Below, one piece after another: positions 1-13,742 of a DNA stretch of 64,000 bases. The notes below the pieces were generated by a model, which was given only the letters and a program-made list of their open reading frames with translations, was not told the DNA's origin and did no database searches. The stretch's first letter is position 1; the number at the start of each line of letters is the position of its first letter. Both the position numbers and the translations under genes were made by a program. The stretch comes from Botryllus schlosseri (Eukaryota), in contig CM119372.1 of NCBI GenBank assembly GCA_051294905.1, positions 36,210,001 through 36,274,000 on the forward strand. Direction: 5' to 3'.

Positions 1-59
1 AAATATTCGGGTTCATTTCAATATGAATATACTATTCAATTGTATATTGAAGTTCTGTA

Positions 60-2580
60 CCTCCAAGAAGCTCTTCTTATATCAATGATGTTAGCAAGGT
101 CTCCTCTCTGAAAACCGTACTATTCGCTGTTGATGCCTGTTTTTCCGCATCCTCAACATCCTTGCAGAACTTGCAAGAATTGACATCTAATGAAATGACA
201 AAGATCTGTAATTGGATGAGAAATAACCAACTTTCCATCAACCCCAGTAAAACCCAACTTCACTTATTTAATAATTCCAATTCGCTGAAAACCAATCCAT
301 TTTCTGTAAGAATCAATCAAACCATCATTAACCCAGCTGATCACGTTCGGTATCTTGGAATTCTTGTCGATTCGAAATTGTCATGGAAACCTCATATCGA
401 CTCAGTCACCTCTAAATTGTCAAGTGCTGCGGGCATGCTACAACGATTAAAATATCTAATGCCCCAAAAAGTACTGTGTGCAGTGTATTTTGCTATTTTT
501 CAATCTCAGCTTCAATATGCAATAAATATATGGGGACATACAAATGCAACAAACCTTACAAAAATCAGAACTCTCCAGAATCAGGCTCTTCGTGTCATTA
601 GTAAATTACCTCCCAGGCGACGAATTCTCCCGGAATATCGAAGACATGGTATAGTCAGAGTTGCCGACCTAATTCAGAATGAGACGGCAAAGATGATGCA
701 CACCATCTTCCACACAAACAGGTCATACTTTAATTCTCATTTTACGGAAACGCATGGTTAGGAAACTAGACAGTATCGAGAAATTCTATTTCGCTGCCTC
801 TCCTGTCCCGATCTTCAACCCGCAATAGCTTACATTTTGTCGGTGCGAAAACTTGGAATGAACTCCCTAGAGCTGATACCAATACCTCCATGACAGTTTT
901 AAAAACAATATAAAAATTATCTACTCCAAACGTACTGTTGATTTTTTTTCTTTTTTTTATACAATGCTTGTTCTAAATTTATCCTTTATCACAACTTTAT
1001 TAAAGCTTAATATCGTGTCGTTATTCATATATTTACTGAATGTTGACTCTACGTCAGGGGTGGGCAATTATTTTCCTCCGCGGGCCAAATGAGAAGTACA
1101 AATACGTTGGCGGGCCGAGTGAAATTTTTTAGCTATACTCCCCAGCGTATTTTAATTCCATTTCTAAATTACATTGTTAATAAATGCCGCTCTGTGAATA
1201 ATGTGTGGATGTTAGGTAATTAGAAAGTGACAATTAATTTAAAAATATCTATTTGCCGTCAGGATTCGAAACAATGTTAAACATGATACATTTTTAACTC
1301 TCTTTAAACCCCTATCGCCATATCCACGTTCTTCAATTAAGACTCTAAAACAGTGGTTCTCAAACTTTTTTAGGCACCTCTACCTTTATGATAGTGAAAA
1401 TTTTCGCACCCCCCTTATCATGATATCACAAAATATTAAAAAGTGCAACCCAAATCCTAGCAATCCCATGGTGGCATGGAAGGTTATGGCTATCGATGAG
1501 AGAATTCTGAAATATTAAAGTCGGACAATACACAGAGCAATAAGTATAAGCTTGGGGTAAATCGCGCGAAGCGCAAAAATTTTTTTCATGAAACTTAGAC
1601 TTCGCACCCCTCCCCCACTTCGGATGGTCTCGCGCCCCCTAATTCGGGAACCACAGCATCGAAATTTTTATGCAATAGTACAAAGCTTATTTTCTTGGTT
1701 GCTGCCTTTCGAGCAGTGTGAACTGTGCAGCTTAAATAGCCTTGATGTTGATCGAAGCTTGCATTTTTTTAACTTCGTCGCCCTCCCTTGACCGAGTGTT
1801 TCCTGTTTTTGTCATATGACCGACTTTGAATAAAATCTTTAATCTCGGTGACATGCTCGGCAAAAACTAAAAGGAGAGGTTTACACCTGACTCCAGTATA
1901 CAAATATTTAGTGCTCTGAAGTCTTAACCTGCTTTGAATTTCAGTTTTCGGCTTTTTTTTTGGCATGCCCGGTAATGGGTGTTCGATATGGTCAGCCATT
2001 TAGTAATCGCCAGCACTGATTGACATGTTTTGCGAATTAGGGATTTCGAAACGTATAACGTAACAATTTGAAACACATACCGTAAAATGCGTACAACGGC
2101 AACAAAGAAGGTTTGAACTAAACTATATGGAAGGAGTGATTTTTGTGATTTAATTGCTATTCATACTTTGCCACATTGCCTTTATTTGGAATATGGAATA
2201 CGCATGAGAGTTACGTCGGCAGCGTAATCGTGGCATATCAATGTACAGACTTCAAAGTAAATGAATTTCCTGTTCACTTGATACAGCCTATGGTTTAAGT
2301 CATTCAAAAATCAAGTTTTATTTTTTGAATTCCAAGCAACCTTTCGCGGGCCGCACAAAATAGCTTCGCGGCCGCAATTTGCCCAGGCCTGCTCTACGTA
2401 TATGTGTGTGATTAGATATATATGTTTCACGTCATTATTTATATATGCATCAAACACTCCAAACGGGTGGCGACTGACTCTGAAGGCCTAACGGCCCCTC
2501 GTCGTCTACCAGTCTAAACCGCAATTTGTTTCGTATACTTTATTGATGTGACGAATAAAAGACCATCTATCTGTCTATCT
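60..2580 (+). mobile_element. Degenerate non-LTR retrotransposon (CR1/L2-like LINE): RT C-terminus plus 3' UTR, interrupted by the MITE at 1055-2391
   Basis: From 81, in frame with ORF 162-761: INDVSK...VLFAVDAC (decayed FADD motif), LSINPSKTQ and VRYLGILVDSKLSWKPHI. After the MITE there is AATAAA and a CTAT-type tail near 2554-2580. Confidence 0.85.
1055..2391. mobile_element. hAT (Buster/Charlie-type) MITE containing an older MITE at about 1351-1656
   Basis: Ends CAGGGGTGGGCAA...TTGCCCAGGCCTG with exact 8-bp TSD CTCTACGT. A homologous copy lies at 34238-38399. Confidence 0.9.
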
Positions 2581-4954
2581 AATTACTAGGGTGATTGCTT
2601 TTTAAAAGCAGATATAGTGACATACTTTCAGAGGTCAGTCAGCGGTGGGCTTCCATCGAAATTGCATCATGTAAGTGACTGACGAATACCAATAAAGCTA
2701 TTAATAAAAATATATACAGTTACCGTGATACAGGGTTATTTTGCAGTGTTTTTATGATGGTTTCACTCCCAAATTGATCCCAACCAATCCAAAAACTACT
2801 TTCTACTTCACGAAAGTGCAAAAAGCACGCTGTTTCGATGTCAACAACTGTTAAATAGAAGTGATATTAGTCTGAAAATCAGACCACTAAAGTAATCAGC
2901 GGAATAGACTTAGGGTGACTTCACACTGGAGTTCAATAACCAATTCTAAACCAGTTACCATAACTAACACTGTTCAGGTTCACTCTCCCTATAATTTACC
3001 GAAATATTTACGAAAACGATTTTTATTAGCTGCATGATAATACAAATCTCGCTTTGGCAACCGTCCACTGATTAAGAGAAAATGACTTGCGTACGAGGCG
3101 ACCTGAGAGGCTCTTACGTACAACAGTTTTAGAACCACTACTGTATCCAAATCATCCTCGCATCAGTGAATATCTTGTGGACCGATCCTATCAGCTGATG
3201 TCAACCGCTTGCCTACTTCGAATGACATTGACTATACCCAGTTTATTGATGCTCCCGCCCGCGATGTCATCAAAAACTGTGACATAGGCCCACCAGCAAA
3301 TCTTAGTTTGCGACCCCTGGTCTATAGCAATGAATTGGATCTGGTAGAATTCTTATCTTTGACTAGGGGGAAATTCGGGGTTCAACAAAGGCTTACAGAT
3401 ATGGTTTGCCAGTTTTGTAAAGGTTGAATCAGTAGTTTATATGCTTGTTATTTTGCCGTTAAGGCGAGATAACGAGCTCACGAAAAGTCTTCTAGTTAAT
3501 AAATTATAATGCAGTCTTGGTAGTAATATTCTAGCGAAATTTTGTAAAAGTTTGTGTTTACACGAACCAGGACATTTTTGTTGATCGCATTATCCTTAAT
3601 AAACATGGTTTGATTACGATTGCGCGATATTTTCTCTACCGCAGCTGAACCAATGTATGATTGGTGAACAATAGCGGCTTGGTGGCTTTTCTCACGCAAC
3701 CCTGTCTCCAAGATCCATGTAGAGTAGACCATTAGTGCCAGTTGAAATTCAAAGAAAGACGTCCATTTTGGTGTCAGTGAATCCTACTTATTTACAAACC
3801 AGCATATAGTCCATGATGATTTCAAGTATCCATGACATGTGCGCTTGTCTAGTCCCACACCAACGATATTTATTGAGTAAATAAACACATGCTCGCTGTA
3901 ATCAGATTATAATGCCAGTCAAAGAAATTATTAGGACTGGTAATGGCATGCCCAAGCTGTTTTACCTGACTTCTCAATACTGATGTAATTATAACCGTAT
4001 AGATATGGAAATGGAAATCAAACCCAGTCGACAAACGATTGGTATTGATCTCGTACGAATATCTAGTGCGAACATGAGGTTCAGAATGCTTTGCGGTGCA
4101 GAATATATGAAGACTTGAATATTGACTTGCAAAAATGCCTCTTTGTCACAATTTATTCCGCATTACGCATGCGTCGAGTCAGATTGAAGTCAATTCAGTT
4201 TAGGCCAGTGTTTCGAGTCGGGCGTGTCATTCAAAAGACCTGACTCGAGTAAAGTCATGACTCGAGTCACCCCAACACTCTCTCCTTCAGGTGGTTACCA
4301 AGGATATCGATTATTTATGGTGTATAATGTGACGAGTTGGATTTGACAGATGGTCGGTTGTTTAGCTGTTGGACACGGTGTTGTCTGGTTACATGACGAG
4401 TGGGTAAAGTTCAATAATCTGCTATTTGGTAACAGGTTTTCACGCGAGGAAATGAATCTGCACTCATGTACAACTGGGTTATGATCTGGATCAAGTGGAT
4501 GCATTTAGTGCAACCTGCCGCCTGCAGATAAAATTGTGCCGTCCGTGAAGAAGTGCTTATCTTGGAAGGTGGAGACTATACAGTCTACAAAATCCGTTTA
4601 TATTAGCTTACAGTTTGGTGCGGTTGATCTAAGTGCAGGTGAGCTTAGAAAATGGGATAACCTAAAGTCGATAACAATGCAAATGCGGTCAGGCACATGA
4701 GTATTTTTGGCATAACCTATGATTGGTATGAAAGAAATTGTAGCAATTCGCGCAAGTTACCACCAGAAATGAATATTATTTCTTATGGCTAGTCTGATAT
4801 CGATATTTTAGTCCATAACTAGATCTGAATATGACGTTAATCTACCCAAATGTAAATTTATACTATGGATCAGGAAATAGTGTGCACACTCTTAGTGAAA
4901 AAAGTGTGTGTTCACTCCTAAAAGCATGGTACATGACAGCAGAAGATAACTCAT

Positions 4955-5755
4955 GCGGCGAGATAGCGTAGTGGTATAATTCACAGCTGCAACACCAATG
5001 AGTTGTGGGTTCAAGTCCGACAGAGGTCAACTCCAGAATTCCTTTTCAAGTGTTGGAGGTTTATCTAGGCTCCTCCTCACCATCTCATCCGTGTAAGCGG
5101 TGTCTTCTAAAAAGCCTAGAAGCAGGGTTGTAACCAAGTCACAAAGTTCCGAGTCACAACTCAATCCCCCTTTCATTGTTTTGACTCGAGTCAAGTCGAG
5201 TCATTTTCAATTCACCACCGAGTCAAGTCCGAGTCCAAGTAACGGAGTAGAGTGTCGAGTCCGAGTCGTAGTGAAACCCACTTTTTACAACACTGTTCGG
5301 TATATCGAATGCTTCACATTCATAAAATACTAATTTTTCTCACTTTTAACAGTTTTTGGTAGCATTTTCAAATATCAGTACTGATAGACGAAATAATAAT
5401 AGTGTGATAACTTCAATATTCCTCGAAATTACAATGAAATGCCCGTTTTTACAGACCCAGTCTAGAGTCATATGACTTGTCCGAGTCATGCGCAATGACT
5501 CGAGTAATGTCGAGTCAATACACCAATGGACTCGAGTCGAGTGATTTTTAAATTTGAAGAAAATGACTCGAGTCAAGTCGAGTCACCAAAAAATAGCGAA
5601 TCTAGTCTGACTCGAGTCGTTACAACTCTGCCTAGAAGTAGGCCGAGCTACAAGTCGGCAGCTACGGAATAAAAATGAAAAATGGAAATGGTGTAAACGA
5701 CCATTGTAGTCGACAAACGCCATGAATAGCCCGACCAATAAAAAAATAAAAACAA
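4955..5755 (+). mobile_element. tRNA-derived SINE, split by the MITE at 5123-5630
   Basis: A-box-like TAGCGTAGTGG and B-box-like GGTTCAAGTCC. Body matches copies at 47540-47838 and 49082-49355. A-rich tail. Confidence 0.8.
5123..5630. mobile_element. hAT MITE with subterminal GAGTC/CTCGAG repeats
   Basis: Ends CAGGGTTGTAAC...GTTACAACTCTG with exact TSD CCTAGAAG. A partial relative starts at 61864. Confidence 0.9.
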
Positions 5756-6014
5756 CCTAACTCATAATTTTGTCGCAAACATAAGTCATACGTGCCTATG
5801 TGCATACCTCACTACGTCCTCTGATGGAAGCATCATTTGGATTAATATATTGTGTTTGATTTAGACCGTGGCGTAAATCTAATGTATGTTCTGGTTTGAT
5901 GTACGACGGGTGTGTTTTCACATCCGTATATCTCGGGGGCTGTACATTGGTTTGAATACACACTCTTTTTGATAAAAGTTTAGTCACAAGCCCATGAACA
6001 TAATCACTTTAGAC

Positions 6015-6351
6015 CAGGGTTTCCCAATATCTGTACTATGCCCCCCGAAGGGGCCATATGACTTTTATGGGGAGGGGTCATAAAAACTATAACATAAGAA
6101 TTAAATTAATAAAACTTTAATAAAGATACTAGTGCAGCCATAAGAACTCATGAACTCGGTGTTTATACTTTCTTTGTTCAACTTTTAGATGTATATTATT
6201 AGTATTTCAAAATCTGTATCCAGTGTCCAGTAATATAATGTCGTTCGTGTGAGCAATATTCAAAGCAAAATTTTGTTGATGTTAGGGTAGGAAGAAAGTT
6301 TGGTACCTGGATTATTGGCCAAGGGGGTGTTAAAAAGTTTTGGAAACACTG
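6015..6351. mobile_element. Degenerate hAT-type MITE
   Basis: Ends CAGGGTTTCCCAA...TTGGAAACACTG. TSD poorly preserved. Confidence 0.6.
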
Positions 6352-7021
6352 GTTCAGAAATTAGGTGGAGCTGTATGCAAACGGATAAGATATTCCTACA
6401 TTTTTCTACGAACTTCACGTTGTTAATCCCTTCTGGATTCTACTTCCCACTGTATACGTTATTTATAAGATACGGATTATTTGTTTTCGTAAACGTATAA
6501 TGGGTATGAGAAACCGGTAGCGTTGTGTTGCGTAGCAGGAAGGAATAATATTTGTTTATTCGTTCCGAGAATTTTGTACCAGATTATCGTAAATGAGCGG
6601 CTTGTTACAGGAGATGAAAGTAATCAGGTCGATTAGTCTCGCCTTGCGCAATGTGTTTCTTTGAAGATGACATTCCAGATACTAGGATACAACTAACTAT
6701 ATAATGGGTAACACCTATAAATAGCTAATCGACAATTGAATAGTAAGATTGTAAGATTGTAAGATTGTATTGACTCTATATATTGTTCCAGTTTGGACTG
6801 CATTGTATAAAGATGGCGCTAAGCCTACGTTCGAGTTCCCGTGACATTAAACTGGGTACAGAATGGTCACCGTGAGCCAGAACGTGGACTGACGATGTCA
6901 TATAGTAATTTTACCTGCCATATATCGGTAATGTATCACTACAACGGCGCATGTAAAATATATGATGTCGCAGTTTATTATGATTTGTGAGAATGAACAT
7001 TGCCGAACATTTGGGCTAGCA

Positions 7022-7402
7022 CAGTGGTTCCCAACGTGGGCGATATCACCCCCCAGGGGGCGATTTGGCGGTCTAGGGGGCGAAAATGACGAAGGGCGAC
7101 AGGGGGGCGAAAATGGACAAAGGGGGCGACGGGGGGCTAAAATAGCGAAGGGGGCGATAGGGGGGGCGATGACGCGTCAAAACGGCTGACCTTTTTTTTT
7201 TAATCAACCCACGGAAATTTAGTTACAAAAGTGTGTCAAATTAGACATCGAGACGAAAATTTGACCTTTTTTTTTAGTCAACCCGCCGGTGATTGCAGTT
7301 TGTATGCCCAATTTTCGGTAGGCCTGCACAAAATTTAAGGGGTGATGATCGGTGTTGACCTCGAAAAGGGGGCGATGGGTCGAAAAAGGTTGGGAACCAC
7401 TG
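7022..7402. mobile_element. hAT MITE with GGGGCGA internal repeats
   Basis: Ends CAGTGGTTCCCAAC...GTTGGGAACCACTG with exact TSD GGCTAGCA. Confidence 0.92.
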
Positions 7403-8333
7403 GGCTAGCAGGAGTGATTTTGTGCTATGAAATGCGTTGGTCTGGTGCGTGGAGTCGGGCGCTGTTATTCTCGCATTTCAGTTACCTACCGGTTATGTTA
7501 TTGGGGCCTAGAAAGATCGTACATCATTACATTGCAGCTCCTTTTTTAGAATTGCATTAATTCGTACAACAGCATCCAAATTGCGTACGGTGCAGGCGCT
7601 CAGCTCCATAATTTCGTTTGGTTACCTTCAACTATAGTGGTTGGCACATGTGAGACATATAGCTATGAGCGTAGGCTACACAAATTTGACTTGTATTTGA
7701 ACTAGCATCGTGACGCAAAATGATGTGAGATATAAGCTAAGCAATGTTCATTACATATTCGCTTTCAGATGGAACCTTACATTGTATTGTATTGATGGGA
7801 TACAGCGGTGGTGCTTATAGGCTTATTAGGGTTTGTGCTCCACGACAATGGCACGATGGCAATTTCAACAGTTCAATGAATTTTTCGTGACGACTTTTCT
7901 TGCACTTTCTCTTCCACGAATCAATCACTCTCTGTTCTAAGCTCGGCTCGGCTCACTGTACTCTCTGGGCTTTTTGAGTCACTGGTCGGCGATGAGGAGC
8001 CCAGATAAACCTCCGACACATAGAAACTTGGTAGAGCCGAGACTGGAACCAACAACCATAGATGTCGTGACGGTGTCGCTTTGGACACTGCGCCACTCGC
8101 TCCCCAACGGCAAATATGATATTTTGCCTCAAGCCTGGCTATAGAGCAGAGATGTCAAACATACGGCCCGCGAAGCAATTTCGAGTAGATTGAAAAATGC
8201 TTGTATTTCTAACAAATGTTGGGATGTTTAGTACGAAATACATCTATTAAATATTAACTCAAGCCAGCAAATGTAGAGCATGTTCGCAGACCACATTATG
8301 ACCATTCGACAGTGGTATGGTTTCACTCTAAGC

Positions 8334-9962
8334 CAGTGGTTCCCAAACGGTGGGGAATTCCCCACTGGTGGGGAATTCAATGGTTTTTGGTGGGGAATAG
8401 AGGCATTTGTTCAAAATTATATACAGGACCGTCTACATATTCACGGAGACACATGCGCAATTACCGTTACCAGTTAACTGCTCTGGAATGTATGTATCGA
8501 AAATTATATTGCGTGTTGTTCACAATCCCTCATTTTTAACTCTGGATGGCCAATGATGGCGTCACAAACGCATCCAGCAGCACGACTAGTTTGACGTGAA
8601 ATAATTCGCTTTCGCGAAATTTTGATCGTTACTGGTGTTGGTTCACAATACGTTATATGTTGCAGTCATAGGCGATTGTACTGGAGAGGTTGTGTGTCTT
8701 GTGTAGTCTGTGATGACAAAAGTGTTGGGTAGTAGGGAACAAGACCGTAACGGCCGCACCCCCCCCCCCTCCCCCAAGTGGGGAGCGAGCTCGAAGGAGC
8801 CCAAAATTATTTCGTGTATTACAATAAATTATAGTTTTTTTTTTATTTAAGCACTTTTTTCAAAATATTTTCGTGCTGGTTGCGCGATTATTACCTTTCC
8901 CCATGAAAATCCGTGGATTTTATAGAAATGGAGACTTGGGCACCGGCCATTACTGCGCCTTGAAGCACCAAGACCTATGAAGTTATAGGCCACGTAACAT
9001 ACGACTCCGAGAAGTGTGCCAGAACAATCAGCAGCGAGAATAGCTTGGCCGAGAACCGAGAAGGAATGCCCTTGTGGTGACTTCGATATATACAATATAC
9101 AACATACATATATGTCTCATTCTCGCCCAGCTCGACCGCGCAAGCGGTGTCTTACAAAAGGCCTAGAGGTGGGCCGTGCTATAAATCGGAAGTTACGGAA
9201 AATAATGAAGAATATCGGCCTGGTGTAAATGACCATAGTAGTCGAGAAACACCATGAATACCACAAAAACCAGAACCGAAAAAAATATATGTTCAATTGT
9301 CGTCCATAGGTGGCTAAATGGTTGGCGCCGAATGTTCATGTCCTGGCGTTCTGAACCCTACAGGACAAATTATTTGCCGGTAAAGCAATACCAATTTCAA
9401 ATCGTGTGTGCCTTTTAGTTATGGCGATATTCCATATCTTTTGAAATAGCAGATATAGGAGGTCACGAAATAGCATAATGTAACGAAGTCAATATACGGA
9501 CGGGTCTGCCCGAAGATGTTTAATAGGCTACTTATTTAGGGGTCTTACCTTTTCCAAAACACCTCACTCAGCTCTACCGGTAAATCGGATTACGTGGTGA
9601 GCAGAGGGGAGTTAAAAAAATTGAAAGCAAAATATATGCAAATCCCAATCATATTGACCGATTCAAACATGAATTACATAATTTTTTCGCGCTTCGCGCG
9701 TTTAGTCGAGATAAGGTGACGCTCGAAACAGTAAACCCAATGTAGCTGATAAGTAACGGGGGAAAGCGTACAGGCTCAGGGGGCTGAGGGGGTTCTGGGG
9801 GCGTGCCCCTCAGAAGTTGGGTTTATCACCCAGTGGCGGGGGGGGGCAAGACAACGTTTTTTTGGGGGGGGCTGACGAAGTGGTGTTACGGTCCTGATGG
9901 GGAATGAAGGCTCGGAATATATCTGAAGTGGGGAATGAAGACAAAAAGGTTGGGAACCACTG
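8334..9962. mobile_element. hAT MITE nested in family A; contains a partial SINE at about 9120-9285
   Basis: Ends CAGTGGTTCCCAA...TTGGGAACCACTG with exact TSD CTCTAAGC. Confidence 0.9.
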
Positions 9963-10397
9963 CTCTAAGCTCAACATTAGGATCAAGTCGCTGACATTGA
10001 CACTCAATTTTAAGAAGGGAAAAATTGCACACTCAATTCAAAGTTTCACCTTGAAGTAGTGGCACTGCAAAACCGTTATATGCAGGTTACATGAAGAATA
10101 GAATAGTTACATGACAATATAAGTAAAATACCCGTGATCTCAGTGCGGTATTACTTCTGATCCGAAAGTTCCTTGTTTTCAGAGAAACTCGTCTCAAGAT
10201 ATCATGATAATGAGCCAAATTCCAACATCAACGGTGAAATTAAATATCTTGTACTCCTCGAAACGCAAAGATAAAGCCAGAATACGACTAAAGAAAAGGG
10301 AGCATAGCAATATGCCAACTTACATCGACGTTAGAGCCACTGTTTCAGCGCTTTATCACCAATCGTAGGCTATTTTGCTCATTCCGTGGATTGCGAG

Positions 10398-13179
10398 CAG
10401 ACATGGGGTAATCGCGATTAGTAATCGTAATCGATTACGACGATTACAGCATTTTGAAGTAATCGTAATCGCAATCGATTACATTCGAAAAAAATCCGAA
10501 GTAATCGTAATCGTAATCGACTACTTCCCATATCTAATCGATTTTTTTTTGTGAAAGAGCGATTACTTTTTGTTTGTACAAGGACTATGACATAAACTGA
10601 ATATTCGTGAACAAGAATGAGATAATATATACCACGTCAGCGATAGCACAAACGTCCGTTTTCAAACGCCGCTGACTCATTATATTACTTCAAAAGTATT
10701 AGCTCCGCGTAAGAAGTATCCACACATAGTAAACAGACATGCGATGGACATTGTAGTGTGATTGTAAGAACACCTCCCGTGGTGTATATCAGGTTATCAA
10801 TACACTACAGAAGCCGCTACCTCGCAGCAGGATATTGATCACCACTCTGCCTATAGTTTCAAATAGTAACTTATGTATTGATGTTTGGTTGTGCTTAGTT
10901 AAACGCAGTTTACCATTGCTGCTTGGCGAGCAGGAGGCCTACGTACGCACGTGCACCTGACGAAGATTCGGAATTTTTTACTCGTCGAATAAAACACTGC
11001 AGTTTCCACAACGAAGCATTACAAATAAACAGCTGCTGATATATATCATAACCGAGCCGTGCTTAGCCGTTTCTCGTAACATCAGCTCGCTGTATATGTA
11101 TTAAGTTGAAGGCAGAATTTTTATGTTAACTATATCTTATTCTCATATAACTACTTGAAACGGGCGTCTATCGTTATTTCACAGTTCGTTACTTAGCATT
11201 TGGACCTACCAGCATAACCATCCGCTTATATAGCCTGACATGTTAGCGTGCGTTGTAGCTAGAATCAGCAATTCAGCCAAAACAGCAATTCCCCTGTCCA
11301 ACCGTTGGTCAATTTTCAAAACTGAATTTCGTCAATAATATTGGTAATTGCATTATATTACGATTCATTTATAACCTCTCTGAGCCCCGAGTGTCAGATT
11401 TACCTGTAAAGCTGGGGCACGTTATTCATATTCATAGCATCTGGTATGTTGTTATAATTACTGTATGTTGTTAATTCGCGACCTCCAGCCGTTGTATAAT
11501 CAAAAGATATTGCACTCGCCCAAACGTAGCAAACTCATAGAATATCTTTTGTGAGACGCACACACATTTTGTCATGGCTATTTATTCCTTTGTGGATGCG
11601 CCTGGTGACATTTGCATTGTGGGCCCAGATTGGAAGGACAGGAGTTATTATAGTCACGCCCACCCAGCGCGGCTATTGACAATGGACGAATACCCTAAGT
11701 TTCGGCCAAGGTATTTCTTTATTGGTATCACATCCCGTGGAGTTGCGTGTTGGCCGAAACTGCATATGTCTTTGGGTGTGTTGTGGGATCGTGGCGCGGT
11801 AATGACCGGCTCCAAAATGCCTGTTCCCATAAAATAGCCTGTGTATGTTTTTTCTTGGGGGGAAGAGGTATGCATTTCAAACCTAGCTATCCCCTGGAGC
11901 AGGGGTCACCAACTGTTTTGAAACAAAAAGCTACTTCTTGTGTAGTGTGTACTGATTATTGCGACGACCGACGGGTTACCACGTACTCCCCTTACCAAGA
12001 ACAAAAAAAACGCTCACTCGCAGGGACTCAAACAAGCTCCTACAAGCTCAGTTGCCTTGTTGCAGTGCGCGCAGAAGCGCCAATCTCCGCGTCGAGACTC
12101 GGGAATATTAACTATAGATTCCCGTTGAGCCGCCGCGTGGGCGAAGACAAGCAATGCCCCGAGCGACTGCGTATGTTCCTTGGGGTCGGCCGACCCATGT
12201 TCAACCGCTGCTCATATGAAACTAGCTTCAACTTTCAAATCTCTCATTTGGATATTATTGCTACAGCGCAGAGGTGGCCATACGAACGGGGAGGGGGGTG
12301 GGGGTGGGAGAGATTTACCGGGGGGGGCGCTATAAGTATCTATCCGTAACTTATGGGGGCCTTCGCCCCCAGACCCCCCTTTCGCATCTGTTATTATTAT
12401 CTGTCTATCAAGTTCTGGCCATGTGCTGGATTCGGCCATGTCTATTTTTTCATGTGTGCAAGGATAGACTACATTAAAACTAAGTAATTCTACCGCATGC
12501 AGAGACGTGATGATTATCGGGATATGGTACTTTTCTAACAAATACAGAGATTTGATGATGATTCACAAATCTGTACGGAGTCCTATTCTTGCTTTACACG
12601 GATTTCCATGTTTATTCGTTATTATCCTTGAAAAAAGCGCATAATCGAAATAGGGGAGCCCCTCGACCAGGGGGCCCCCCGGCGACCGCTCACCTCGCCC
12701 ACCCCAAAAGCCACCATTAAATTCTCGAAAATACTCTATAATTTATGTTGGTTTACGAAATACCTTTGAGTCCCCTTCGAGCACGCTCTCCACCCTATTA
12801 AGGAATTTGGGGTGCGGCAGGTAAAGACCTGGCAATAATCCAAATCGTTGGATGCGATAAATCATCCACTATAAAGTTGGGCAATTGGTATATTATGACG
12901 TAATAAGCAAATGACGCATGATGTATGAAGAAAGTTGATATCTCGTTAAGCTTTTTCATCGCAATCCTTGTATTGTCTTCCAATATGTGATTTAAGATTA
13001 TAGTCCTAAGCAAAACAAATGTAATCGTGAGTAATCGTGATTACTTTTTCAATGTAATCGTAATCGTAATCGACTACTTCCTGATTTTGCTGTAATCGTA
13101 ATCGTAATCGTAATCGCGTGATTCCGAAGTAATCGTAATCGCAATCGATTACATTCATAAAGTAATCACCCCATGTCTG
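10398..13179. mobile_element. hAT non-autonomous element family B with GTAATC subterminal arrays
   Basis: Ends CAGACATGGGG...CCCCATGTCTG with exact TSD ATTGCGAG. Inverted homologue at 34605-37377. Confidence 0.92.
11985..12264 (-). pseudogene. Degenerate 28S rRNA fragment inside a transposon
   Basis: The reverse strand reads GTAGCAATAATATCCAAATGAGAGATTTGAA...CAGCGGTTGAACATGGGTCGG...GGGAATCTATAGTTAATATTCCCGA...GCGGAGATTGGCGC, collinear with conserved eukaryotic LSU rRNA blocks as I recall them. Confidence 0.75.
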
Positions 13180-13742
13180 ATTGCGAGTAACGGAATTGTC
13201 ATGATAGAACCCATTTAATCCGTAATATGATATTATGATTGATAATGAAGTATGCAAACGAAAAAAAGGGTCATGGATTTCGAGGAAATATTATGGAATC
13301 AATTGACTGGTGCAGCCCGCAAGCGACCTGAAGGTTTTAATTCGGCCCGCGACGCAAGTTGTGTTTGAAACCCCTGCTATAGAGTAATAGACAAATTCTT
13401 CAAGATGTATATTTCTTTTCTTGAACAGCAATTTCACCATAAGTTACTCAGCCGATTAATTTGATAATATATTATTTCAGTAATGACCGTGTGGGCCACT
13501 CGGACCCATCTCGCAAGCCACGAGTTTTCCACCGTTCAATTAGTCTATGCAAACTCTGCTTTCTTTCTCAAACAATAACTTATGTTATGTATGAAATGGT
13601 CACAGTTCATTTTCTGGAGTTTACGTTCTATCTTTTATTTTCCATTGAATTGCTATTGTGCGTGATTTATATGTAACAATCCAGCATTCTTCACTAAATA
13701 TCGTTTAATTTCAATTTAGATTTCACTCTATTCACAGTTGAA

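Larger units (their letters stand above)
8147..13376. mobile_element. hAT MITE family A, hosting two nested elements
   Basis: Ends CAGAGATGTCAAAC...GTTTGAAACCCCTG, subterminal CGGCCCGCG, exact TSD CTATAGAG. Relatives at 36217-37028 and 50156-51061. Confidence 0.88.

Noticed and set aside
2950..4720. Possible decayed coding sequence in short ORFs
   Set aside because: Stops in all frames and no motif I could assign.
4955..5030. Functional tRNA gene (also 47760-47838 and 49082-49150)
   Set aside because: The tRNA-like heads continue into a shared ~200-bp body and A-rich tail, so they are SINEs.
10408..10540. GTAATC/GATTAC arrays (also 13020-13170, 34615-34735 and 37230-37370) as CRISPR or telomere-like repeats
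   Set aside because: They are short irregular motifs with no unique spacers, confined to the subterminal regions of hAT family B, as expected for transposase-binding sites.
11747..12349. 200-aa ORF
   Set aside because: It crosses MITE and antisense rRNA-derived sequence, starts at TTG and has no protein-like motifs.
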